From assembly GCF_006345805.1 (NCBI RefSeq), contig NC_043001.1, forward strand, positions 104,718,001 to 104,782,000: 64,000 nt of DNA, read 5' to 3'. Below the pieces are notes generated by a model, which saw only the letters and a program-made list of their open reading frames with translations, did no database searches and was not told where the DNA came from. Made by a program: the position numbers and the translations under genes. Below are positions 1 to 11,161 of the stretch, one piece after another (the first letter of the stretch is position 1; each line of letters opens with the position of its first letter). This DNA comes from Octopus sinensis. Its lineage: Eukaryota.

Positions 1-260
1 AAGTACAGGACAAGCTACACAAGGAAACATCCACCGTCATCAGCTGTCGCCAGTTAACTCAGGCGTGTTTCGAAGGCAAGACAGGACACTCGTTAACTAG
101 GCCTTCCTGCGAGAGAATTGCTTGGAATTTTATTTTATTTTAATTCTCTCGCAGGAAGGCCTAGTTAACGAGTGTCCTGTCTTGCCTTCGAAACACGCCT
201 GAGTTAACTAGCGACAGCTGATGGCGGTGGATTTTTCCTTGTGTAGCTTGTCCTGTACTT
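1..260. repeat. Fold-back inverted repeat (~119-bp arms, ~22-nt AT loop), probable PLE-derived unit; left arm may extend beyond the window
   Basis: 1-119 is the near-perfect reverse complement of 142-260. Confidence 0.9.
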
Positions 261-555
261 GTTTTCTTGTAAAAATTTTTGGGAATTTACCTTGTGTAGC
301 CTGTCCTGTACTTGTTAAATTTTTGTTTTTCCCGCTTCTACGTCTTGTTGTGGCGTCCTGTACTTACGTATATTTATTTATATATGCATGTATATATACA
401 TGTAGATGTAGGTACGTACAAATATGTTTGTATGTATGCATATATTTTTAATTATCACATTATTGTCTGACAGCGCCCCGCGTCAGGTTCGTTTCGATTT
501 GTCGGTTCGTTCCACTTCTTGTCTCCTTTCAATTTATATATATATATATATATAT

Positions 556-608
<53 letters not shown>

Positions 609-807
609 ATATAATATATATATATATACATACACACACCCACATCACGTCAATATTTTTCTGCAAGTTCCCATAACTCTACACTTCGCCGAAAGTGAAA
701 CTTGTCCAGAGTTGTCTCCCATCACTGACTACATCTAATTCCTAACGTGTATTGAATGTTCTCAATGTACGGACGGAATGTGCCCCGTTCTACGTCTTTC
801 TTAAAGT

Positions 808-1199
808 TGCTGTGTAAGAAGAGAAGCGTGCTTTCCAATCATATGGTTCCAGGTTCAGTCTCATTGGGTAAGTGTCTCCTACTATACCCTCTGGCCGACC
901 AAAGCCTTGTGAGTGGATTTGGTAGGCAGAAACTGAAAGAAATCCGTCGTACATACATACATACATACATACATACATGTATATATATAAATGTGTGTGT
1001 GTACACTTTGGTCTCATATATATATATATATATATTGCTAAAAATGGTAAGACAACAAAAGAATGAAAGAGACCTCGATATTATGTAAATAGAGGAATTT
1101 CCGTTGGCCGGATAACTGAAGAGATGGTGGCATGGATTTCCACCTCGGAATCCGAAACTCGAGTTTTATCATGGCTACCGAATAATTGTCACATATTAT

Positions 1200-1260
<61 letters not shown>

Positions 1261-1480
1261 CACACACGTGATTGTGTCTTTATTTGTTCTGGATCACCGC
1301 TTCACAACTGGTCTTGGTGTGTTTACGTCCCCGTAACCTAACGTTTCGGCCAAGGCAACCGACAGAATAAGTACCAGGCTTTTAAAAATACTGGAATTGA
1401 TTCGTTTGAGTAAGATTCTTCAACACAGTGCTCCAGCATGGCCGGAATCTAATGACTAAAACAAGTAAACGAGAAAAAGA
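808..1480 (+). mobile_element. tRNA-derived CORE-type SINE (OR2-like), interrupted by a hammerhead-bearing insert at ~1035-1200
   Basis: Head and body match the copy at 16648-17037; tail gtgctccagcatggcc...gactaaaacaagtaa. Confidence 0.8.
1111..1170 (+). ncRNA. Minimal type-I hammerhead ribozyme motif (family A)
   Basis: GATAA-CTGAAGA-(stem II)-GAAAC-TCGA-GTT-TTATC; stem I GATAA/TTATC. Confidence 0.7.
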
Positions 1481-1574
1481 GAAAAACGTGTGTTTCCAAC
1501 AGTTTTGATCGCGTATTTTTCGACAAATTTCTTTTGATTGATGAGTTTGGCAAAATTTCCCAACCCATTCCAAG

Positions 1575-2214
1575 GATATTCTGTTCTACTTTAGGCACAA
1601 GGCCCGACATTTTTGGAGAGGGAGACCAATCGATTAGATCAACCCCAATACACAACTGGCACTTAATTTATCGACCCTGAAAGAATGAAATGCAAAGTCA
1701 ACCTCGGCTGAATTTGAACTCAGAACATAAAGACAGACGAAATATCTATTTCTTTACTACCCACAAGGGGCTAAACACAGAGAGGACAAACAAATTAAGT
1801 AGATTACATCGACCCCAGTGCGTAACTGGTACTTATTTAATCGACGAGCGGCGAGCTGGCAGAAACATTAGCATGCCGGGCGAAAAGCTTAGCAGTATTT
1901 CGTCTGCGCTATGTTTTGAATTCAAATTCCGCCGAGGACGACTTTGCCTTTCATCCTTTCGGGGTTGATTAAATAAGTACCAGTTACGCACTGGGGTCGA
2001 TATAATCGACTTAATCCGTGTGTCTGTCCTTGTTTGTCCTCTCTGTGTTTAACCCCTAGTGGGTAGTAAAGAAATAGGTACTTATTTAATCGACCTCGAA
2101 AGGATGAAAGGCAAAGTCGACCTCGATGGAATTTGAACTCAGAACGTAGCGGCAGACGAAATACCGCTAAGCACTTCGCCCAGCGTGCTAACGTTTTTGC
2201 CAGCTCACTGCCTT
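1575..2214. mobile_element. Cluster of tRNA-derived Nin-domain-like SINE pieces (minus 1575-1845, plus 1846-2080, minus 2078-2214)
   Basis: Shared head ggcggcgagctggcagaaac and core gtcgactttgcctttcatcctttcggggtcgat seen in many copies in this window. Confidence 0.8.
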
Positions 2215-2581
2215 GTGACACATCCGAGACGCCTTATAAATGCTATTAGTCGGTGGAGCCAAAATGTCATTATGTATTTGAGATCTGCTGGAGGGCAAAT
2301 AACTAATACTAGAACGGGGCCCACAGAGCACAATTAGTCACTCTTTCCTCGGTCAGAGGAATTTCAATTATTAAGCACCGATTTCAAATTATCGAGTGCA
2401 GCTTCATCAATACGAGGAGTATACTTACTCGTTTTCCTTATATTAGCTCGCATTTCTTATATTGGTGCTGCGAAAAATAAGGGCAGTGGAGTGATTGGTA
2501 GGATCGGTGGCTCGTTGGACATATATTCTCCGAACATTATTTACATTTGACGGATATTTGTTCTCATCGTGTTTGTTGTTA

Positions 2582-2625
2582 ACACAACGTTTCGGCTGAT
2601 GTACTCTCCAGCCTTCATTAGGTGT
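2582..2625 (-). ncRNA. Minimal hammerhead motif (core G5A, probably inactive)
   Basis: Minus strand ACAC-CTAATGA-A-GGCTG-(10 nt)-CAGCC-GAAAC-GTT-GTGT. Confidence 0.65.
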
Positions 2626-2698
2626 ATTGGGGAAATTTCGAACCTGGGTTCTCATTCCTAAGGTATTTTGCGATGTTATTATTATTATTATTATTATT

Positions 2699-4397
2699 GA
2701 GTGAGAGAGCAGTGCATACCATCAAAGTGACACTGGAGTAAAATATAGCCCAGTATACCCATCCATACTAGCCGTCTGATAAAGGTATAGCAGGAACATG
2801 CATCACAACCATATGTGCGCGACATCGTGATCTCATATCAAGATAAACAGCACATGACCTTGCAGGTGGGGCCCAGTTAGAATTTTCTTCTGGTCGAGTA
2901 ACCCATCCCACTCAAAGGGTCCCTGAATAAGGATTGTTTAAGGATGTTGAACGAAACACCCATGTTTCCAGAGTGAATTATTCAAACCTCAAAGAATCCC
3001 TCTCAACACATGGCTATGATGCTCCCCCACTACTTCTGCTCGTGATCAGAGATGCACATATCGTCAGCCAGTAAGGGACTTGCTCAACTGGTGAAGGTCA
3101 AACAACTGACAAGCAAATCTGTGGTATTGAGCAGTGTATTTGCTGTAGCCCATCTTTTATACCAATACAAAACAATGTACATGATGACACTTCCAAACAG
3201 TTAAGATCAGAAGCCACGAGAGCCACTGCCTGGTACTGTATCAGGGCATTTATTATTATTATATTATTATTGAGTGAGAGAGCAGTGCATACCATCAAAG
3301 TGACACTGGAGTAAAATATAGCCCAGTATACCCATCCATACTAGCCGTCTGATAAAGGTATAGCAGGAACATGCATCACAACCATATGTGCGCGACATCG
3401 TGATCTCATATCAAGATAAACAGCACATGACCTTGCAGGTGGGGCCCAGTTAGAATTTTCTTCTGGTCGAGTAACCCATCCCACTCAAAGGGTCCCTGAA
3501 TAAGGATTGTTTAAGGATGTTGAACGAAACACCCATGTTTCCAGAGGTGAATTATTCAAACCTCAAAGAATCCCTCTCAACACATGGCTATGATGCTCCC
3601 CCACTACTTCTGCTCGTGATCAGAGATGCACATATCGTCAGCCAGTAAGGGACTTGCTCAACTGGTGAAGGTCAAACAACTGACAAGCAAATCTGTGGTA
3701 TTGAGCAGTGTATTTGCTGTAGCCCATCTTTTATACCAATACAAAACAATGTACATGATGACACTTCCAAACAGTTAAGATCAGAAGCCACGAGAGCCAC
3801 TGCCTGGTACTGTATCAGGGCATTTATTATTATTATATTATTATTGAGTGAGAGAGCAGTGCATACCATCAAAGTGACACTGGAGTAAAATATAGCCCAG
3901 TATACCCATCCATACTAGCCGTCTGATAAAGGTATAGCAGGAACATGCATCACAACCATATGTGCGCGACATCGTGATCTCATATCAAGATAAACAGCAC
4001 ATGACCTTGCAGGTGGGGCCCAGTTAGAATTTTCTTCTGGTCGAGTAACCCATCCCACTCAAAGGGTCCCTGAATAAGGATTGTTTAAGGATGTTGAACG
4101 AAACACCCATGTTTCCAGAGGTGAATTATTCAAACCTCAAAGAATCCCTCTCAACACATGGCTATGATGCTCCCCCACTACTTCTGCTCGTGATCAGAGA
4201 TGCACATATCGTCAGCCAGTAAGGGACTTGCTCAACTGGTGAAGGTCAAACAACTGACAAGCAAATCTGTGGTATTGAGCAGTGTATTTGCTGTAGCCCA
4301 TCTTTTATACCAATACAAAACAATGTACATGATGACACTTCCAAACAGTTAAGATCAGAAGCCACGAGAGCCACTGCCTGGTACTGTATCAGGGCAT
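2699..4397 (+). repeat. Three head-to-tail copies of a 573/574-bp unit embedded in (ATT)n
   Basis: Units start 2699, 3272, 3846; near identical (1-nt deletion seen in copy 1). Confidence 0.95.
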
Positions 4398-5829
4398 TTA
4401 TTATTATTATTATTCAAATGTAAGTAATGTACATAATTTTTCATCTCTTGAATATAGAACTGTATTGTATATTCTCTGAAAGTATGTAGTTACGTCTTCT
4501 CGCGTTCCGAGCCCAAATTCCGCTGTGGCTCGTTTTGCTTTTTTTTTCTCCTACGATCAAGTAGCATAGATTATTAAGAAAAAAAAAAAAAAAAAAAAAA
4601 AAAAAATAGTGGTGATGGAGCGAATGTCAGTCGGTTGAGTAGTTTGAATCTCACAGAACTCACGATAATCACCCATCAGGAGGAGTGAGAGATTTTACGT
4701 GGATATTTTTTAAATAAAAAATCTTGCGGTGAAAAATTTTGAAAAAGTTTTAGCAATAGAATTTTTCACCAAAATACAGAAATGAAGGTTATACCTCAAA
4801 ATATTCTTCCCTCTTTTATGTTTATTCCGAAGCAGCTTTCTCTGGTGACATGGCAGACGTTCTACCATTGGATCAAAACCATCGTTCGAATTTGTTTATC
4901 CGTTTAAGAAACAATATTCTTATCAACGAAAATTGTGTTGTTGATGTCTTAAGAACTTGTGAGCTTTTGAGAGAAAATTAGATTAATCTCTTTTGGAAGA
5001 GTGGATCTGGAAGCACACAACGCTATAGAAAAACCCCTCTGACTTTTTGTATTCAAGAGGCTTTTAATCCAATAATTGCATACTAATATCTATAGGTCTA
5101 AGTACTTCGAGATCCCCTGTTCCAAAAAATAATTATTTTACATTCCTTCGAAAGTTTATAAAATTCTTATGACGTCAACTATATATGTGTGTGTGTGTGT
5201 GTGCATGTGAGTTTGAGGTGTATGTGTGCGTGGATTCCAAGACAACCAATGAAAGAACTTTAAGACATCCGGCCCGTTCTCTGCTCGTCTCAATGTACAC
5301 AACTTTGTTTCGTTTTGTGTGTTTTGTTTCTTTTTATGTTCTGTGACTCCTTATTACTTTGCCTTTACACATTTAACAGTTTTTGTTTTTCTTTCCTGGG
5401 TCGGTTTGATGACGTAATTTTCGTGTTTGTCGTCTTGACGTCATAATCTCCAAACACCAGTTGCATTATATTCGCTCGAACACACCGTGCATATATATGT
5501 ATTTACTATATGGAGAATTTTTAGAGTGAAGTTCCATAAATCCCAACAATTTTATTAAAAATGGAGAAAACAAGTTATTAAAATTTATAAGAAGTTTAAT
5601 AAATTTTAACAATTTATCTCCTCCATTTTTAACAAAATCGATGGGATTATGGAACTTATTCCTTCCATAAATTCATCATACATTATATACAAGTACTACT
5701 TTCATATCTTCGCAAATTTACGCCTGTAAACTCCCAGCAAAGTATGAAGAATCAACATCAGAAATCTTTTTTGGAAACCTCCAATTAAAGGACGAATCCA
5801 CATTCAACCTTTATACACCTGTATATAAC

Positions 5830-6281
5830 AGGTAATGTGAAGAAACAAAAGACCTGGTAATTCAATTCGCAAACATGACTCCGATTAGAGATGGATTTAA
5901 AGGACAATTGTAAATGATAGATTAAAAATATTAAAAATATATATGTATAAAGTAATAGATTTATGAAAAAACCTCCCGATTCAGACATAAAAACGTCAAG
6001 ACATGCGTGTATAGGTGAAAATATTGGAGAAAATCTGAAGTGGTGATGGAAGTGAACTAAAAGATACAATGAGGAACGAGGATAAAATTCGGGATGGTTA
6101 GAATAGGGTACCGACGGCCGTTTCTGGGGGTTCATTGCAGGGAAAAATAAAGGAATATAGTACCCATTATTTGGTAATTCCTCCTTCTATTTTAATCTAT
6201 CATATACAATTGTCTTTTAAATCCATCGGGGTCATGTTCGTGGATTGAATTACCAGGTCTTTTGTTTCTTCACATTACCTA
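5830..6281. repeat. Fold-back inverted repeat (~100-bp arms 5830-5930 and 6188-6281)
   Basis: aggtaatgtgaagaaacaaaagacctggtaattcaat vs attgaattaccaggtcttttgtttcttcacattacct; related sequence at ~14750-14820. Confidence 0.8.
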
Positions 6282-6740
6282 TTTAGATATTTTGCCTCAA
6301 GTTACTCTTCAGCACTTCTAAGTCCAAATCTCTACATTGTGAGAGAATTTCTAATCAATCTTCTTTCTCAAAACAATATATATATTAGAAGAAGTAACAG
6401 AGTGACTCAAGGTCCGAGGGTTTCGTTCATTGGCACTTATCAAACTAGTTATAGGTCGAAGAGCTTTGAATTTATATGTATCGATTTGAAAATTCGATCT
6501 AGAACAATCCAAAGGAAAATATATTTATTACAGGCTACATAAATCTACAGCTCTTCGACATGTAGCTAGTTTGATAAGTGCCAATGTACGAAATTCTCGG
6601 ACCTTGAGTCACTCATTTCTGCTAGAAATTAATAAAAACATACATATACTAATAATTCGAGTTCTGCTTTTCCTGTTTGCATCACCATATATATATATTT
6701 TCCCTCTGTCTTCCCTTCTCTGGATCTTTCCTTCTCCTAT

Positions 6741-6775
6741 GTTTCCGACGAAGAGCTCCGCTCGAAACGTTAAGC
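6741..6775 (+). ncRNA. Minimal hammerhead motif (family B)
   Basis: GTTT-CCGACGA-A-GAGC-TCC-GCTC-GAAAC-GTT-AAGC. Confidence 0.7.
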
Positions 6776-6860
6776 CCTCCTTCTTTCGTGAGCGTCCAAT
6801 AATACTTTATTTGTTCCACGTCCCTCGCGTTGTTGTGTTTTTTGTGCTTTCATATTTGAT

Positions 6861-6945
<85 letters not shown>

Positions 6946-6996
6946 GTATATGTAATAATGCAATAATTACTATGAACCATTGTGCAGAATATATCG

Positions 6997-7694
6997 TATA
7001 AAGGATCGTGGGTAAGGCCAAAATAGTGCGAAGTAAATGCAAGGTAAATCACAAGAAAACAAATATGTGAATTAATGTAGACTTACCTTACTTACCTTGT
7101 ATTCAATATTTCGGGGTTATGACCACATTTTCAAGAAATTGACGAATGTTGCCGATGTTCGTGTGTGTGAGCGTGTGTGGAGTGGACATGCGCAGAAATG
7201 TGTTGCTATAGTAACTAGCTAGCTTCCTGTAGCTCCCTTCTATTGATGATCTTGGGTTTTTTTTTTTTTTGGTGTATGAGGATGGCCCCAGAGATTCTAA
7301 GTTTGCTCCTGTTCCGCTATGTTGCCTTGATGTGCACAACGAATTCCTAGGGTCTGGCATATCCGTCGATGTTTCTTCTCGGAAGTGTCTGCCTGCATGT
7401 GTTCCTTCATGCGTACATGCAATTTTCTTGTTGTGCTTCCGATGCAGGATGCGTCACATTTGCCACATACATTCTTAAATTCGACATTGGTCCTCTGGCA
7501 CAATTCAGGGTCATTCATGGGGCAGTTCGACGCTCACACACGCACATCGGCAACAATCGTCAATTTCTTGAAAATGGTGTCATAACTCCGAAATATTGAA
7601 TACAAGGTAAGTCTACATTAATTCACATATATGTTTTCTTGGGATTTACCTTGCATTTACTTCGCATTGTTTTGGCCTTACCCACGATCTTTTA
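6997..7694 (-). mobile_element. Penelope-like element 3' remnant: GIY-YIG fragment between inverted terminal repeats
   Basis: Arms ~6997-7175 and ~7530-7694; minus ORF 7297-7518 reads CQRTNVEFKNVCGKCDASCIGSTTRKLHVRMKEH (degenerate GIY-YIG with R and EH). Confidence 0.8.
7565..7600 (+). ncRNA. Minimal hammerhead motif with U3-A8 core; inverted partner at ~7101-7137 (minus)
   Basis: TTC-TTGAAAA-T-GGTGT-CATA-ACTCC-GAAAT-ATT-GAA. Confidence 0.55.
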
Positions 7695-7699
7695 TACAG

Positions 7700-7731
<32 letters not shown>

Positions 7732-7805
7732 ATATATATACATACACATACATATATATATACACATACTATATATATATATATATACACACACTACATA
7801 TATAT

Positions 7806-7848
<43 letters not shown>

Positions 7849-8408
7849 CATGCATATACACACACATATATATATATATATACATACATGTATATACACA
7901 CATATATATATATACATACATGTATATATACATATATATATACATACATGTATATACACACATATATATATATATACATACATGTATATATACACACATA
8001 TATATACACGTATATGTATATACATATGTATATACACATACATATATACACACATATATACACATATATGTACATACATATATATATACACATACATATA
8101 TACACACATATATATATATACATACACACATATATGTACATACATATATATATACACATACATATATACACACATATATATATACATACACATACATACA
8201 CACATATATATACATATATACGTACACATATATATATACTTATATATACATATATACATACACATATATACATATATATATATACATACACATATATACA
8301 TATATATATATACATACACATATATACATATATATATATACATACACATATATACATATATATATATACATACACATATATACATATATATATATACATA
8401 TATATATA
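7700..8408. repeat. Compound (TA)n/(CA)n microsatellite
   Basis: Direct inspection. Confidence 0.95.
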
Positions 8409-9149
8409 TGAGTAAACACGTGTTGTCTCGCTCTGCGATAAAAAAACAAGAAGGGCTGCATAAAATCGACGAAATAACTTGGCAAATCACTCACAAAACG
8501 TAGAAATTGTTACTTTATAGACGCGTACCTGGATATTTGCTTAAAAAATCGCAATATATTTCTGCCACAAGTCAAGTTTTGACACAAAGATCTCTTTCCG
8601 CCGAAACGCACGTGGAATCTTATAAATTTATTTCCAGTCGATAAGTACCCAAATTCCTGTTTATATCCTCGCAAAAACGTATCACAAATTCTTGTTACTG
8701 TTAATTTCGTTATATCTATTATCTATAAATTACCTGTTACTCTGTTTATATATGTATATACGTACATGTGCGTATATATCTATATATCCATGCATGTGTG
8801 TGTGTGTTAGTAGTAGAATCGTATTGTAGTTTATCTTAAGAGACATTGTCTGTAGCGAAATAAATATATATTGCCATTTCTTTTTTCTTTGCTTAAACTG
8901 TAAACCTCTTTCAGCTGTTTTATTATTATTATTATTAGAAGTATAGTCGCATATATTAGAAGTATAGTATTAGTTATGTTATAGAAAAATTTGTCTGTTG
9001 CGGCGGACAAACGTATATATTCCCTTTTCTCTTTTCCTCTGCTTAGATATATATGTGTGTGTATATGTATTGTATATGTATGTGTGTGTATATATTATAT
9101 GTATATGTACAAACTCTGTAAAATCTCTTGGCTTGTTTTCTTTCAGCTG

Positions 9150-9184
<35 letters not shown>

Positions 9185-9243
9185 TATTTTATTATCTATT
9201 ATTATTATCACTTGTTAAATATATGTGTGTGTATATATGTGTG

Positions 9244-9867
9244 TGTGTTATATATATATGTGTGTGTGTACATACTACATATATATATATAAACTCTGTA
9301 AAACCTCCTGGCCTGTTTCTTTCAGCTGTTTTATTTTTATTTTTATTTTTATTATTATTATTGTCTTATAATTTCTCACCATTATTACTTTAGTAATATA
9401 TGTTTATATATGTTTCATTATTATTTTTGTTTCTTTATATACTCACTTGTTACTCTTGTCTATATATGTGCATGTGCACACGTGTGTACATGTGTGTATG
9501 TGTGTATACATGTGTATGTCCCAATAGCTTCGTTTAGAATTCTGTCTGTCTCTTCTGTGTTATATATATATGTGTGTGTGTACATACTACATATATATAT
9601 ATAAACTCTGTAAAACCTCCTGGCCTGTTTCTTTCAGCTGTTTTATTTTTATTTTTATTTTTATTATTATTATTGTCTTATAATTTCTCACCATTATTAC
9701 TCTAGTAATATATGTTTATATATGTTTCATTATTATTTTTGTTTCTTTATATACTCACTTGTTACTCTTGTCTATATATGTGCATGTGCACACGTGTGTA
9801 CATGTGTGTATGTGTGTATACATGTGTATGTCCCAATAGCTTCGTTTAGAATTCTGTCTGTCTCTTC
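9244..9867 (+). repeat. 312-bp tandem duplication upstream of the LINE
   Basis: Identical motifs at 9271/9583; identical ORF starts at 9410/9722. Confidence 0.9.
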
Positions 9868-10286
9868 AGTTCTCTCCCTTGCCCTTCTCTGTCTGTCTTT
9901 TGGTTCCCTCCCTTGCACTTCTCTGTCTGTCTCAGCTCTCCTCTCTAAGCTCTCAATCTCTCTCTGAGGGCATAGAGGCTTTCTCTATCTTCCTTCAGCA
10001 CTCAGTATCTCCTCTTCCTCTTCTCTCTTGCTCTCTTCTCTTGGCTCCCAATCTCTCCTTAAGTGCATGGACGCTCTCTTTCTCTATTACCCCCCTACCC
10101 CCCCTATTGCACTATTGGATTAATATAACTTAATATAATTAGATCTCCTCTTCCTCTTCTCTCTTGCTCTCTTCTCTTGGCTCCCAATCTCTCCTTAAGT
10201 ACATAGACGCTCTCTTTCTCTATTACCCCCCTACTATTGGATTAATATAACTTAACATAATTAGATAGATAGATAATATATCAAGA

Positions 10287-11050
10287 ATGTCCAGAGCTTG
10301 GAAACGTGATGAACTGGCGTGGTTCCTGCGAGGATGGCAATGCGCTGACGGAGAAAGTCCAAGTAACATAATTGCGGCAGCACTAAGGAACAAAGGATTC
10401 AAAAGGACGTCAGCACAAATAGAGCGGAAGAGGCAAGAGTTCGTACGCTCATACGCACTTGTCAGATCGCACATAAACACACTGGATGCCATTTTTAACA
10501 GCGAAAAACGCGAACAAAGTAAAGATGGCAAGGATGGAGACGCGGGCGCAGATGAGGAGGGTCACCCCCACCTGGTGGACGCCCAGGAAGAAAACTCCAG
10601 CGAGAGGCCTGCCGGGAGGTGAACCCAGGTACGGATGCTCCTACCGGCACCAAAAGCCATGGACATGGAGATGAAGAGGCCAAAAAAAGAGGAAAAACTG
10701 AAGCTAAAACTCAGACAAAGCCAAGGGGCAAGGCAGCCAGGGATAGAGGCAAACCCAACTGTCCATATGCCAAAAAGGATGGAAACAAGCAGCGCACACG
10801 GGTATGTAGGTTCTACCTGAGGGGTGCCTGCCGGCATGGAGAGGAAGGTGCAGGCTGCCGCTTTGCACATCCGGGACCCTGCCACAGAAACCAACCACCG
10901 AAAGGAAATGGGATGGACCACGCATCACGGCCCCAAAACGGAGGTACGCAGATGTGGTGCGAACCACAAACCACCAACGTGTTGTTGAAAGGGCAGCTGC
11001 TGAGCAGGAATCTTTTTTGTGCATGGCACAAAAGATTGTACAGCAGCTAA
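10287..11050 (+). pseudogene. LINE ORF1, frameshifted near 10620: trihelix Myb/SANT-like N-terminus plus CCCH zinc finger
   Basis: WKRDELAWFLRGW...IAAALRNKGFKRTSAQIERKRQEFVRSY; CRFYLRGACRHGEEGAGCRFAHP. Confidence 0.7.
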
Positions 11051-11161
11051 CCTGGCTCCATCAGGCTCAGGCTCGCAGATGGAACTGCCCACGGTCACAA
11101 GACCGCCACAGCAGATGGACCCAGGGTGGACACCACCGGCAACAGCATACACCTCACCTCG

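Noticed and set aside
3098-3298. Repeated 66-aa ORF in the 574-bp array
   Set aside because: Spans the (ATT)n junction between units; no recognisable motif
4578-4606. Poly(A) tract as a retrocopy tail
   Set aside because: No upstream coding similarity or target-site duplication seen
7631-8503. Long Y/I/H/T-rich ORFs, also at 14184-15600, 18663-19232, 29253-29891 and 54163-57403
   Set aside because: Translations of (TA)n/(CA)n microsatellites, open in several frames on both strands
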